A stretch of 63,996 nt of DNA, filler included, from Gonapodya sp. JEL0774 (GCA_027604505.1; 12 parts of 12 records of this genome joined end to end with filler, not necessarily neighbours in it); one strand, 5' to 3'; shown: positions 38,894 through 52,308, counted from the first letter of the whole stretch. Made by a program: numbers and translations. Notes: generated by a model not told the origin, from the letters alone.

Positions 38894-39836
38894 ATGGCGA
38901 CCCTTGGCAACGTCGTGAAGGTGACCGATGCATCGCTGGAGAAAGCCCCGCTCGATGGTGTGTCGGGCGTGCTGGAGGTGGTCGGTAAACTCACTTCGAT
39001 CCCAGTTTTCGGACCTTGCGCGGAAGCCCTTCGAGCTATATATACCGTCGCGAACGACTTTCAGGAAAACAAAGAACTTGTCGTACGACTCGCCAGTCGG
39101 TGTGCGGGCCTCGTCGAGGCGCTTGCGGATCGAGTGGACTCTGGTTCACCGAGGGAACCGTTGCTGACGCACATCGTCACACTCACGGAGTAAGTCTCAA
39201 AGTCAGCACCTGGCGAAGTGATTACGTACTTGGCTGGCTCACAAGGTTCCCCGGTTCTCCGGGTCCTTTTTGCTGATCCAATGCAACTCCATGAAGTTAT
39301 CTGCAAGAAATCGCTACAACTCTCGAGGTCATGAAAGGGAAACCGAAGTGGAATCGAGAGCTGAACAGCAGTAGTATGCGCAAGGACCTGGAGGAAATTG
39401 GAAATCGCCTGGATACCATGGCCAGTGATTTTCAGGTTCGTGGGCGGTGTTTCTCCGAGTATCCCAGCACAACAATCTTTTGTTTTCTCGCCGCCTGCAG
39501 CTCGCCGCTTCTCTTAACCTTGACGCTTGGTCGATGGAGAACGGCAGTAGACCCCCGTTCATGGGGTCGCCCTATATGCACAATCGGGGCGCGCTCTCGC
39601 ACCTCACCGAAATCACTCACGCTGATCGTATGCAACTTCTCTTCGATCTCGCTCGCGGGGTGCAATACCTACGTGGAAATGACATTTTGTACCGCGACCT
39701 CAAACCTGCAAATTTGCCTGTGGATGATAGTGACCATGCTCTTGTCGCAGACTTTGGTTTCGCAGCGGTCAATGCGAGGGGGAAGGGCTTGCCCCCTCGA
39801 CCCTGCAAAAGTAAAGCCAATGTAATCAGCGAGTGA
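38894..39836 (+). pseudogene. MLKL-NTD-like helical domain fused to a truncated, degenerate TKL-type kinase
   Basis: Exons 38894-39189, 39297-39435 and 39501-39836. FQENKELVVRLASRCAGL...LQEIATTL...LEEIGNRLDTMASDFQ is followed directly by PFMGSPYM...LARGVQYL...YRDLKPAN...VADFG; the kinase N-lobe and everything after DFG are missing. Confidence 0.72.
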
Positions 39837-40688
39837 ATTGACGGTGACACTACGGCGGAGAACTCATGATCAAGTGAGAGCAGCCGCAGGCAGGCAGACA
39901 GGTATAACGATCCCGCCAGCAGGAAAGTTTGTAGTTGGACATTAGTCTGGATTTGCTCATGATTTGTTACACTTGTACGCAGCTTATAAGTGACCAGAAA
40001 ATGATTGTAATTGAGAGTTCCGTAATTGTGTTGACATTATCAGGGCGTGGCTGACAAGGTATTCTGGATCATATTCCACAGATCGGACGCTGCGACGTCA
40101 ATAGAGTGAAAGATCATATTTTTTTATTTTGACTAGGCGCTATAGAAGAATTTTAGAAGTTCTACAAGAGACGGAATAGATGGAAGTTGGAGAATAAAGG
40201 CCACAGCGCTCTCCATGACCAAAGCTCCAAATGGTACAAACCGTAGCGTCAGCTTAGCTTAGATTTCTACAACTAAAATATATCTCGATTCATATCATAG
40301 AAACGGACCAGTTCACAATCGATCTATAGTCCCGTTCATTTGTAGAACTCTCACTCACCCCGTCACTTTGATCCTGTGCTAACATCCGTCTCTCCTTGTG
40401 ACCTGAGGTTACGTATTAAACACTAACACTTGGCAGATATACACACACACTCTCATAGCGTAGACAACCCCCTCAACAACATTCCTAGTTCCTTCTTTGC
40501 AAGAACAAGCCTCAGCTTTCCCCAACTCCCCCGCTCCTCCCATTCAAGCAACCATAAATATAAAGTGGCGCGCCCTTGTCGTCGTGTGAGTTCTTTCACA
40601 GCCCCCTGACACGTTCAACAAACCCCGTTCCTTTTTGTTAACTCAGTCTCGCACTGCCCGATTCGCCCCCGCGCCCCACCACCCCATC

Positions 40689-42835
40689 TCACTTATCCAT
40701 CTTGAAATCTGTCACAGCCTCCACGTAGCTCCTTCTCTGTGTGAGGCGGGACCAGTAGTCGGTGAGAAGGGGGTACTGGGATGTGCCTATTAGATAATGA
40801 CATGGCGAAGGAGAGATGCGTTTGTCGGTCAGTGAGTTTGAGCAAGAGGGGGGTGGGAGAGACACGAGAGCGGAGTTGGGATGGTGTGTCCGCGCGAAGC
40901 CCGCCGGCCACCTCACGGTAAAGTGAGACACAAAACGCAAGGAAGGACGAACGGTAACCGCGACTTCGTTCAGACTTCCTCCCAATTTCGCTCCCTTAAC
41001 CAAACCTCAGTGGCCGCCCCGCCCCGTGTTGCGTGCGCGAATCCACCCGAGTACAAAGTGATCCGTAGACTTCGGCGAGACAAAAAGCATGTCCCTGACA
41101 TCGCGCCCACGTACCTTGTCCAAAGAGCACTCCCTCGTAGCCGAAGACTTTGAAGCGGGTGAGGAGAGCGGCGATGAGGATGTCGGCGGGGCTGATTGAG
41201 GAAGGCGGGTCGGTGGTTGAATTCGCGAGGAAGAGGGTCGAGTCGTGATTGGTGGTGAGAGGCGGAGCGGAAGGACAGGAAGAGCATGAGCAGAAGGAGC
41301 ACGCGTTGAATATGGAGATGGCAGGGTGTACGGTTGCGCGATGTTCGTTTAGCACGGTGGGGAGGTAGGAGACCGCGAAGCACCCGTCGTGCGGACGCGG
41401 GACGACCACGACCCGGAGTTTCGCCAAAATTCCGTGTCCAAGACGCATGGCAAAGCTTCCCTCAACTTTCCGTGTACCGTAGTGGTTTCGAATTCAAATG
41501 TGAATCGAATCTTCCCCGGAGCGGATCCACAGGAGCGTTTGGAGCGTACTTCTCCGACTCCACGCCGACCGTCAGCAAGGATACGATGCCACCGCTCCAA
41601 GTCATCACACGCGCCTCGTCGTAACCAGCACCACCACGACCACTAATGATCATGCTTGATCCCATCACTAAAGACTCACCTAAACACCTCACCCACAAAC
41701 CAGTACTCCACCGCATCTCCATCCACTCGCATCTTATCTCTCGTCTCGCTCAAACACTGCTCAAACTGTGCACACAGGGCGTGCGCCTTGTGGGGACCGT
41801 ATGGGAACGTGGCGGTCGGGGTGGGAGGCAGGGTCGGGGAGTACAGTGCGACACGAGAGGCGTTCTTTGGGGAAAAACAGTTGCGGTAAGGGGGAAGTGG
41901 GGATTGGGGGAGTGTCTTAGTGAGGCAGATGTTGGTTTGTGTTGATAATACGACGGGTCACCCACCAACTCAGCCTTCTCTTTGTACCTCTCCCACAGGT
42001 CCTGCAGTCCCTGCTCCCCCTTATCAATCCTCTCCCGAACCTCCTCCATCCTCTTCCTCGCCACCGCCCCCCTCTGCACCCACTTGTCCACCGTCGCCTT
42101 TCTAGGTCCTTCGGGGGCCGCCAAAGCTACCGCACCGACGTAGTCCCAATCTCCACCGTACCAGCGATCTTCCACGCGCGCCGAAGCAGCCGCGACGGCG
42201 GGCGGAATCGTGCTGGTGGGGAAACACCACCTCAAGATGTCCCTCGAATCCGTCAACGTGACGGTCTCGCCATCGTGATCTCCCACTAGGACAGGCACGG
42301 TGCCCTGTGGGGTGAGAGCGAGGTAGGCGGGGTCGAATTGTGCGGGGTTGGTGGGGTTGAGGATGTCGACGAGGACCGGAGTGTAGGGGATGGTGCGTTC
42401 GGAGAGGGCGATCCGGGCGACGATGGAGAAGTAGGAGTGGGCTGGGGTTTGAGGACGGGTGAAGGAGGGGGTGATGGGTTCGGCAGAGGTTGGATTGTGG
42501 ATTGTTGGGATCGGACAGGAGATGGAGTCAGTGAATTTCATTTGAGAGGCAGACGGTGATCAAGCGAGGAACTGGTACTGAGCTCCGCTCTTTTCAAAAA
42601 CTAGAGAAGTCCCCATGGATGATCCGGATCCGGGTTGCCAAACCTTCCCACTTTCGCCTCTATGCGTTGCCCTCCAATGTTTCAAGACATATGTACTAGG
42701 AGAGGATGAACCTGTCACTATTAATCTAAAAGCAATTTGGAGACGGGTATGCTGTCCCATGTGTATCCGGGGACCCAGTTCCCGGTCGCGAGTCCGCACC
42801 TCGTACGCACTGATGTTGTACAGCTTCAGCGGCAT
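40689..42835 (-). CDS. Glutathione S-transferase-like protein (GDAP1-like), multi-exon
   Basis: Spliced MPLKLYNI-THSYFSIVARIALSE, YLALTPQGTVPVLV, LTDSRDILRW; C-terminal ADILIAALLTRF and YPLLTDYWSRLTQRRSY. Middle exons uncertain. Confidence 0.82.
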
Positions 42836-44026
42836 TCCTGGACACGTCTAGAGATTTGTGAGAGTCGTTTTCTGTTCCGGGTTGTGGGCGAACGAAGGAG
42901 TGACAATCCGCGTGTGTTGCATGTATTTGCTCCCCTCGGCGCGGCCGGTCTGGCAAGTCACTCAAGGCCGTTCTTGAGCAATAGTTATCGGACCTGTCTC
43001 TCATACATATGGAAATGTACGGAGCACCCTCGACCCCTCGCCAACTAACGAGCAAACGGACAGCGGTCTCCGCCAAGAAAAATGCATNNNNNNNNNNNNN
43101 NNNNNNNNNNNNNNNNNNNNNNNNNNNNNNNTTAATTAATTAANNNNNNNNNNNNNNNNNNNNNNNNNNNNNNNNNNNNNNNNNNNNCGTCCACAGCACG
43201 ACATCGCAGCCATTTATTTACATTTCCTTTCATTCCCTTATTCTTCGTGTACGTTTTCGAAGCTTCCAAATGTTCGTTGGCTCGATTCTCCTTGGTTTCT
43301 GGAGCTCTCTTCTGGGGACCTGTCACCTGACAGTTCGGCGCCATTCATGGCATGTACAAGCTGATCTGGGTAATCAATGCCGACGAAGATCACTGCCCCA
43401 CCGATCGCAAAGCTTCTCCCGTCGGAGAGTTTCCACCTTACCGTCTGGTGTTTCCCACCGGAGTCATGCTCAACCAAACCTTGCAGGTCGGGACTGTCAG
43501 CACACCAAACATAATCGCCACCCACTGGTTTTCTCGCGCCGCAACTCTTTTTTATGAATGTTCAATAGTCACACCTGGTCACCGAGGCGTTCTGCTCTCG
43601 CCAATGTCCACCAGACTGCAGGCGCTTTTATTTATGTAAATTTCCAGCAAAAGCAAACGAAACAAAGGTTCTAATGGTAATTCTTACATGTAAAAAGAAA
43701 TGGACATCATAAATCTAATGTAAGAATGCAACTTCACTAAGGATTTGCAGTAAAGCTGGCTTTTCCCGGCCGAAGGCAAAAATTTCCACCTAGAAAAGTG
43801 TGTTTCAAAAAAGCTAATATAGATCCAAATATCCACATGTCCTTTCTTGTCTGCTCTCGAAACTCGCGCGGAAGTGCCCACCTTCGTAAACTTGACTGAT
43901 CGGTGAGATAATACAACAACAACACGTCTGTCACCAGCCATCATCATCTTTCATGTTTTTGTTAGACCAAGAACGGTTTGCCTGTCGAGCAACCAAGGCA
44001 CCATGTGACAAGTTCCTAGTTTTAAC

Positions 44027-45418
44027 TCAAGTCCTCCCCACCGCTATTGCCCTCTGACCATCCCATTCTCGCAACGGAAGTGGCCACTCAGGGCCGTGAA
44101 GCAGTTCGATAAACAACGTCTGTTCCTGTGGCTTCAATGCGAGCTTCGGGAGCTCGATTCTGCATGGCTTGGGTATAGTGCGAATGAGTGTTCTCAGTAT
44201 TTGGCCAAACCGATTCACGCATAAATCATCGAGTGAAGGGCGGATGTCCCGCTCAACAGAGAAAGCAACTTTGAGGCGTTTTACGTTTGGAAGGAGCTGC
44301 ATGATTGCGCTCAGATTTTGATCATGTTGAAGGTCCATTTCCGATCGCTTGTAGATCATAGCAGGCTCAATGCTCCGGAGTTCAATGTGGATGTGAAATA
44401 TGTGAATGCCACTCAATTGATTCTGCGGTAACCACACAGAAGGAACGCATTTTCCCCAATCGTAGTCCGTGTTGATCCAGAGGACACCAAGTTCAGTTAG
44501 ATTTGGGTAAAGCTGCGTGGCAAAGAGGAAGGTGTACTGCAAGGATGATACGGCTCTCCTCACTGTGGTGGCTGGGAATAGGGATTTGACCGAGCGACGA
44601 AGGGCCTCTGGAATAGAGTTCCTCATGTGGTCAAGAAAAGGGTCCTCAGCATAGGAGATTGGGAAGAATAACTCTCCGTGTAACTCTGACACTGAAGGGA
44701 ACCTTTTGAGGGTGTCCCAAACTCTGTGCAGCGCAGCCTCGTCTGTTAATGGTGCACTGAACTGGAGGAGTGGAGCCATTACGGAAATAACGGAGTCTAA
44801 ATTCACTTCCGGGGGTATCAAGTCAAGCAGCTGCATATATGCCGTTCCCATGGCCAGTCTCTTGACTTTGTGCTCGGATAACAACCGCGCCAGACCATTG
44901 AGTGAGGAATGAAAGTCAATGTCCCTCCGGACATGAACGGGAATGTCTGCGAGTCCCCAGGAAACTTTTCTGATCTCCATATATCCAACAAGGCTGCCGA
45001 AATCAAAAGAAGATGCGGTGGCGTTGTGTTTTCGCTGAGAACGGGACGGCCTTCCCAATGAATCACAAAGATCATTCTTGAGGAAGTCGTACTCCGAGTC
45101 CCAGCAATCGCATACTCTTTGCATGGATACAGTGAGTTCTGCTCGCAGGGCAGCCCAGACCGGTCTACCGGTTTTGGTGTGATGGCTCAGGTGAAACTTG
45201 TCGAGAAATCGCACAACATTCTTGCGCGAGCGCAAAGCCTCGCTCTCCGGGACACTGATATCGCAAATAGCACTGATCGTGCCACGAGGACATCCCGGAA
45301 TGGCGTCCCGACTGCACTCTCGAGTCCGTCTCGAAAGGGCAGGAATGATCGAGTAGAAGGTTTTGGGGGGAAGCAGACGGAAAATGCGGCGGAGAATTTC
45401 AACTGGGAGGTTTTCCAT
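44027..45418 (-). CDS. F-box protein, intronless, leucine-rich C-terminal region
   Basis: 463-aa ORF starting MENLPVEILRRIFRLLPPKTFYSIIPALSRR. Confidence 0.8.
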   Translation of the reverse strand: MENLPVEILRRIFRLLPPKTFYSIIPALSRRTRECSRDAIPGCPRGTISAICDISVPESEALRSRKNVVRFLDKFHLSHHTKTGRPVWAALRAELTVSMQRVCDCWDSEYDFLKNDLCDSLGRPSRSQRKHNATASSFDFGSLVGYMEIRKVSWGLADIPVHVRRDIDFHSSLNGLARLLSEHKVKRLAMGTAYMQLLDLIPPEVNLDSVISVMAPLLQFSAPLTDEAALHRVWDTLKRFPSVSELHGELFFPISYAEDPFLDHMRNSIPEALRRSVKSLFPATTVRRAVSSLQYTFLFATQLYPNLTELGVLWINTDYDWGKCVPSVWLPQNQLSGIHIFHIHIELRSIEPAMIYKRSEMDLQHDQNLSAIMQLLPNVKRLKVAFSVERDIRPSLDDLCVNRFGQILRTLIRTIPKPCRIELPKLALKPQEQTLFIELLHGPEWPLPLREWDGQRAIAVGRT

Positions 45419-45642
45419 CGCGCTTGAAGATGGTGCTTAGGATGTTGGCGATTGCTTCCGGGACTGTCCACAGCACTTCACTCAGTCATGGGTCTCGTTC
45501 ACAATTTTCATCTTTTCCTCCATTTTAGTGTGTGCTCTTGAAATTTCTTCCTGCTTGTCCCGATTTGGCGCCCTCCGCTTACCGTTTTCTACCGACCTGA
45601 ACAGGCATTCGCACTGCGAGCGATCTCGGACAAGAACATCCC

Positions 45643-46530
45643 ATGCCGACCTATTATCTCTCCGACCTGCCGATTGAAATCCTCATCCGCATCGGAGAGT
45701 TTTTACCTCACCGTTTGGGCCTCCCCACGGGCACGCTCAATAGAACCTTACTGGGGATCTTCAGCAAACCGGACAGTATCGCAATCCGTGCCATCGCGCA
45801 CTACCCTTCGAGCGCCGCAACACTTGTTCACGAGTGTTCTAGACTTGAGCCAAGGCAGCATCTGGTTGTCGAGGCGATCTGCGCGCAATTCCGCGCAGTT
45901 GGAGGCTTTGATGTGGACGATGGTGCAAAACTAGGATCACCGCATGCGGAAACAATTACCCCCTTATACGCCGCAGCCACTGCTGGAAACGTGGAAGTCG
46001 TTCGGATTCTCCTCAATCTGGGTGCAGATGTTTATGAGCGGCGCAATACACGTCGCCTTCTGATTCGAACTTGTGGGAAGGGACACGTCCAAGTTTTGAA
46101 GTTGCTCCTTGAGAACGAAAAGAACATACGTAACACCATCCCTATGCTGCTGTACGTGTCTTCGAGTGATGGGCGTGTGGATGTAGTGCGGTTCCCGCTT
46201 GCAGAAGCTGAGCGCATGCAGATCGCACCTATTGACGATGTTCAGAGTTGTCTGAACTCTGCCGCTCGGAATGGGCACATGAACGTTGTGCATCTTTTGC
46301 TGGATCCTGGAGGAGCGGACGTTCACGCAAATGAGGAAGAGGTACTTTGGACTGCTGTGATGAGTGGGCATTTGAAGATAGTGAAGTTGCTCAACAACTG
46401 CGGATCAGACGTGCGACGTCCGTCGTGGCTCCGTAGAGAAGCGCTTGCGGTGGCAGATAGAAGGGGGGCGACCGATCTGTTGAAACTCGTTCGATCACAT
46501 TTTGATAATCAGTTGGAAGGTGAAGCGTGA
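45643..46530 (+). CDS. F-box-like plus ankyrin-repeat protein, intronless
   Basis: LSDLPIEILIRIGEFL; TPLYAAATAGNVEVVRILLNLGADV, LNSAARNGHMNVVHLLLD, LWTAVMSGHLKIVKLL. Confidence 0.87.
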   Translation: MPTYYLSDLPIEILIRIGEFLPHRLGLPTGTLNRTLLGIFSKPDSIAIRAIAHYPSSAATLVHECSRLEPRQHLVVEAICAQFRAVGGFDVDDGAKLGSPHAETITPLYAAATAGNVEVVRILLNLGADVYERRNTRRLLIRTCGKGHVQVLKLLLENEKNIRNTIPMLLYVSSSDGRVDVVRFPLAEAERMQIAPIDDVQSCLNSAARNGHMNVVHLLLDPGGADVHANEEEVLWTAVMSGHLKIVKLLNNCGSDVRRPSWLRREALAVADRRGATDLLKLVRSHFDNQLEGEA

Positions 46531-46878
46531 GTTCTTTTTCGGACAAGTCCTTCTGTTGAGCTTTCAGCAAATATGTGCGCTTGTATAACGGGTGACTAGC
46601 AATTGAAGCTCGTTGAGTAGGGAGAGCGATGGGGACGGGCACAGGGGTGCGGGGGTTTGGCATGTCTTGCTCGTCTCTTCGAATCATTCCTAAGCACAAC
46701 TGTCAGTAGGGCAATGCGTGATTGATTAAGCTGTATTCCACTAGACAGTATTAATTCTGTACAATCATTGAAAGCCGGTGAGGGTGCAATATGTGCATAC
46801 AAACAACCGACAGGGAGAATATTTGATCCAAAGTGCTCGTGCAAAACGTCACAGATCCCGTGAGTAGAACTACCAGCA

Positions 46879-48451
46879 CTACCGTTTGGTTTTCTTGGAT
46901 TTCGTATCTCCCGCCTTTGAGCCCGCCCCTCTCTTCCCGGTTGGCTTTCTCAGAATCTCCTCATCGACACCATCGTCATCCTCGTCCCCCCCGTAGTTTC
47001 CACCCACGCTGCTGCCACCGTTGAATTCGGATATGGCAACGCGGAAAGCTTCAATTGCTTGGACGCGTGCGACATCGTGCTGGACTTGCGGAGGTGGGTA
47101 GCTGGAGACCGAGGCAAAGGAGTTTTGTCATGGGCAATGTAAATAGTAAAAACGACTAGTGGCTCACCCGCTATCCTCCATCTTCTTTCTCGTGATCTCC
47201 AAACTTCCCTGCTTCGCGGTAAGCCACGGTCCCTTCGCGAGGGCGCCTCCGTCTTTGACCCACGTCAGCTCCTTGACCCACTTCCTCACAAACGCCCCGT
47301 CCTTGTCGAACTTCTCCGCTTGACTCGTCGGATTGAAGATGCGGAAGTAGGGTTGTGCGTCCGTACCTGTCCCAGCCGCCCACTGCCATCCGCCGTTGTT
47401 GCTGGCAAAGTCACCGTCGATCAAGTTCCACGAGAACCACGCTTCACCGAGGCGCCAGTCCACAAGCAAGTCTTTGACAAGAAACGAAGAGACGATCATG
47501 CGGAGACGGTTGTGCATCCAGCCAGTGTGGAGAAGACATCGCATGGCGGCGTCGACCAGTGGGAAACCGGTTCGACCGAGAGCCCATTCGGCAAAGCGTT
47601 TATTTACAACATCAGGGGAGGGTAACACGGGAGGAGGAGGTGTGTCGGTCGATGGAGGTACGGGAGGGTTCGGTAGCTGCACGTTGCGGGTCCACGTCTC
47701 CTCCCACTTAATTCCCTCGTACTGGGGTTTGAACGCGCGGTACTTGCACACGTGCGGGAAACCAGCGAGAACATGCCGATAGAATTCTCGCCAAATGATC
47801 TCCTGAATCCATATTACGACACCTTGACTTCCAGAATCTCTCTTTCCTGCGTTCGCGGTTTGCGCCGCCACGATGCATTGTCGGGCGGAGAGAACGCCTG
47901 CAGCAAGGTAAAATGATATGGAGGATGTTCCGGGCTGGTTTGGCAAGTCACGCTTCTCGTGATAGCTGTTGACTCGCTTTGCGATAAAAGAGTCCAGCCG
48001 AGCTTTCGCCGATCCTTCACCAGCGGGATACAGATCACGGAGATACTTGAGATGCAGGAGATTCGTCTGAGAGAAGAGTGGAGTGGATGAATACAAAGGT
48101 AACGTGGTGACATCGGGAGTGGATGAGTTCGCCTCGATGTAAGCTGAAGTTTGATCAGGGAATCTATGCAGATTGCTGCCAGGAGGTTGCCGAAGAGAGA
48201 GCAAGGCCGGATTCTCCGAGATATACCGATGCCAAGAGTTTTTGAAAGGTGTGTAGACAGTGTACACCTTTGCCTCCTTTGGGAACAGTAGTTATTCGAG
48301 CCACCGACCCCAGCACTGTTTTCAGTCAACATACCTTGGTAAGCACAGTTCCAGGGGTAGCAACGCATTGATCATGACATCCTGTTACAGAAACTCCACT
48401 CTTCACCAGTAATTCCTTCACGAGCTTATCACGTTGCTGTTCGTTCACCTC
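46879..48451 (-). CDS. PHR1: Class I CPD DNA photolyase, 5' truncated
   Basis: YTVYTPFKNSW, IWREFYRHVL, GRTGFPLVDAAMR, GWMHNRLRMIVSSFL, LIDGDFASNNGGWQW, DAQPYFRIFNP; last exon ends in an acidic then basic (NLS-like) tail. Confidence 0.94.
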
Positions 48452-48551
48452 NNNNNNNNNNNNNNNNNNNNNNNNNNNNNNNNNNNNNNNNNNNNTTAAT
48501 TAATTAANNNNNNNNNNNNNNNNNNNNNNNNNNNNNNNNNNNNNNNNNNNN

Positions 48552-50951
48552 GCCCGAGGCGTCGATCCAGCGTTCGGGGCGGAGCTGACAGGTGGAAAAG
48601 GGTAGGACAGTGGGGTACATTGGTTTGACGTGAGTTTGCCGGACGAAAACCCAGGCGGGTTTCGGCGGTCAGGCGGTTGGGCGCGCGCTCTCACCTGCTC
48701 GGCATCGGCTCCCCAGATCCTGGTGAGGTGGCCCATGGCGTACGGCTATTCGATAGGAAAAATGAATCAAACAAGCAGTTTCAGTGGGTCCGATTTCACG
48801 TCAAAAGGCTGGAAACTCGCAGCTGTAGTACTCACGTGCAACGCCACTCGTTGGCCCTTGTACACCTTGGTCTTTGTTCCAGGGAGGATGTCGTCCTTAG
48901 TGGGGACTTTGAAGTTGAAGGGGACGTTCGCGTACAGCTGTGGAAACCGCGTAAGTCGATTCGCAGGTGCGCTCAGATGCAAGGAACTCCAGAATCCATC
49001 GCGTCTAGCTCGCTACACCATACGCACCCGCAGCACCTCGTGGAACGTCGCCATGGTGTACTTGAGGTCCTTGAGATCGCTGTAGTCGCACATGCGGTCT
49101 GATCCCAGCACGGTAAAACACTCTTGGCGGACCTTTGACAGAATCTCGGGGTGCCGAGCCAGCTCGTAAAACACCCAGGAGAGCGTTTGTGCGGTGGTGT
49201 CCCGGCCTGCGTAGAGGGGCGGCGAACAAAACACAAATGATACGTCGTGTCGGTATGCGCGGTGGATGAAGAGGAAGCCGAACTAGGTGGAATACTTATC
49301 ACAATGAAGTTGATGACTACGTCTCGGAGTTGTTCGTCCGTGACAGGGCTGCCATCCTCGTTTTCAGTTTGCATGAAGTAGTCAAGCTGGTGCGGGTGTA
49401 CAGTCACAGTTTTTGTTGGGCACTGGGAGGAAACGGCACTGATGATGCATATACTCACGAGATCTTGTTGAGACTTGGGCTTGACGTCCGTCGTGGAAGT
49501 GCGTTTCTTGTCGATGATTGCTTGGGCGTTTCCGTGCAAAACCCTGTAAAGTATGTGCGATCAGTACGTTGACACAATTGGTCCCAGTGACCGCAACAAC
49601 CACCGGCGGCACCACTGCATTTTTGCGTTGGTCCCGTTGAGCTTTTCTACAATCTTCCAGAAGGGGATCGACCCCCTCTCAGCGCAGATGTTGTTCAAAG
49701 CATCGAATGCTACGGCAAACTCCACAGACGGAAGGGTCTGCCAGTCCAACGAGTGATCAGCGCTACAGAAAAGCGAGATCAGCAACATCACATCATGACA
49801 ACTCACATATTTCCCGTTGATCACTACGGGTTTCCCCGCGAGGCATCCTTTGTCTTCACCCATCGCAATCTTGAGGAATGAGTCCAGAGTGGATCGAAGG
49901 AGGAGGTCGTGGATGTCGATGAAGGCGTTCATCTTGACAGCTCGATCGAAGTGCTCGGTGACACGGTTTGCGTCGTGGTGGAAAATAGGTGAGTACTAAG
50001 AGATTACAGGTGGTTTTTATGAGTTTCAGATTAATTTGATATGTAAGTTCGTGCTCGTGGAGGGAACTCACGAAGTCCCTGAAGTTCTTTTTGTCGCCAA
50101 GAAGCCATGCATTGTGAATACACCTAGCAGCATTGCAACTCCTCGAACAAGCATCCAGCTCACTTTAACATTGAAGATGTTGCTAGCGACCTTGCGTTGC
50201 ACCTTCCATTCGTCGCCTATATCCCGGGATGGCATTCAGACCGACGGCGGTGCTTCGCAAGCTTCTTGATTTCTCACCATCTGAACGGAGTGTGCCAAGA
50301 AATCTTAGCACACATTAAAAACAAGGGGAACATTTAAATAATTACCGGAAGCAAAAATTCCGTGGCTTCAGAGTAACGGTGCAAGTCGTAGTCAGGGGTA
50401 ATTGGCAGGGCACCACGTTATTTTTCAACTTCCAGTTGATCCAATCCACTATGCTCACCCAAAAAAGTCCCCTACTTCGCTTCGCAGGTCTGCACCCTTT
50501 TCATAGGTCCAAGGGTCTCGCAGGATATGTTCCACATCCTGCACGTTCGTGGTGAGGATCATGTCCATCGGTGGGTAAGTCAGAATCGTGCTCCTCCAAA
50601 CTTCGCCGTGCTGCACGAGTGCATAGTGTGAGGCGAGTTATCTCCCGACGATGCAAGTGTGAATACGCACCTTCTTGCTTTGTTCCAGAATCCATTCATG
50701 TAGATTATCCAAACGCTGTAACCAGGAAAGAGTGGCTCCCAGGATGGGTGTTGTTCCATCAGCTGCAGTTACGATACCAGCAGCGGTTAGAATTGTGCGA
50801 TCAGAAAAGTAACGGAGAAGTGTCTCCCACCGTTGGGAATATCAGGGCGTGCTCGTGTACCGATCGCTCTGTCGTTATACTTGATGTAAAGGAAAGCAAT
50901 CAAGGCGGAAACAGCGAGGATTGCGTAGAGAACGATGGGGAGAACTGCCAT
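48552..50951 (-). CDS. Cytochrome P450 (fatty-acid hydroxylase, CYP86/704-like), copy A, 3' truncated
   Basis: TM anchor MAVLPIVLYAILAVSALIAFLYIKY, WKVQRKVASNIF, AGRDTTAQTLSW, HEVLR-LYANVP, PERWID. Confidence 0.92.
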
Positions 50952-52308
50952 TGCTTTTATGCGATGACGATGTCAGTTGGTGCTCTTGACAAAAGCGTGG
51001 GCTTGGCTCGATCATCGGCCAAACCAGCTCCGAAGTTCAGCCTGATGTGACTTCTTGAATCTTGTGACATGTTTCGCTGACAGTCTAGCTTGTAAAGAGA
51101 ATTCCCTTTAACCGTCAGAATTTGGTTTACATAAGGGTGTGGTTTAGGACGGCAGCCTGCAACGCCGGGGTTGTTGTGGCCCGACCCTTCCGCACATTCT
51201 CGCCAACGCCGTCGCAGGTGGGAACGGCGAGAGGAAGTGGGAGTACGGGCTCCGCTGAAATTCTCGTCAACGTCGTCTCAGCTGGAGCCGCGTCACGGTT
51301 TTTTTGTTTTGATGTACCGGCGGTATCATGACTATGAGGTCTCGCCGTAGTGTGCTTTTGTGGACTCTCTCGTAAGTCTGCCTTACATTTGTTTCTCTTG
51401 TTTGATATAAATGCATGGCGGCTGGTGGGGTTGTGATCATGGATCGACTTCCCGCAGTACAACGAACACCCGCCCTTCCCTTGCCTATCTTTCTCCTCTC
51501 TCTACGTTGCAGAGTGTCTCACGGTATGGCACTAGGGCATCTCCTGGAGAACATATTTCGGGCAAATGCACCTGCTTGAGGAGGATGATATGCTAATATA
51601 CGAATGATCTTTGGAAGTCCCACATTGCTGTAATTATAATGCAAATTGACGTGAAGTTCGTCGTCGCTTCCTTAGCTTGCAATGCTCGTCGTCGGAAGAG
51701 AGTTATATACACATGTGAAGAGGTATTGTTTTTGCGCCGCGATGACGTTTCTGGCTGAGATCAGAAATGTTCGAACACTTGTCTAGCAAATGACTGCAGC
51801 AAATGCCTCATGCAGCCACTTCCTTGGAATATCTGAATTCTGTCATACCATCGCATCAACGCCGGTACAACATCAAAAATAAATGCGAAGTGGATACAAC
51901 CTGTGTGACACAGTCCCTCTGGCAAATGAAAATAATCTCTTGTTCTGTCTATCTGGCTACCACATCTCCTCTACCTCTCTCCATTCCTATCTGTTGCCAG
52001 TCCACCACACGACGGAGTCCTCTACGGCAAGCAAGAAACAGTAAAGGTGATCAGGCAAGGGGCAGAAAATACGGTAGGAACATCTTCTTTCTGTGTCAAG
52101 TCTGATTATTGTACAAATTCCAAACGACGCAAAATAGCAAACGATGAAAGGTGGCGGCCCAAACAGACGCAAAATGTTGACCGCGTCCTACAACTGTCTC
52201 TCCCGAGCTTCTCTACTGCCACCGAATATACAAGCTGATCCAACTACACACGGGAAGTACGTTACAGGGCGCAAACACCGGTTCCGCAACGAAAGAGATA
52301 TATGCCGT

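Noticed and set aside
43188..43639. Short ORFs at the contig start
   Set aside because: No recognisable motif or consistent exon chain.
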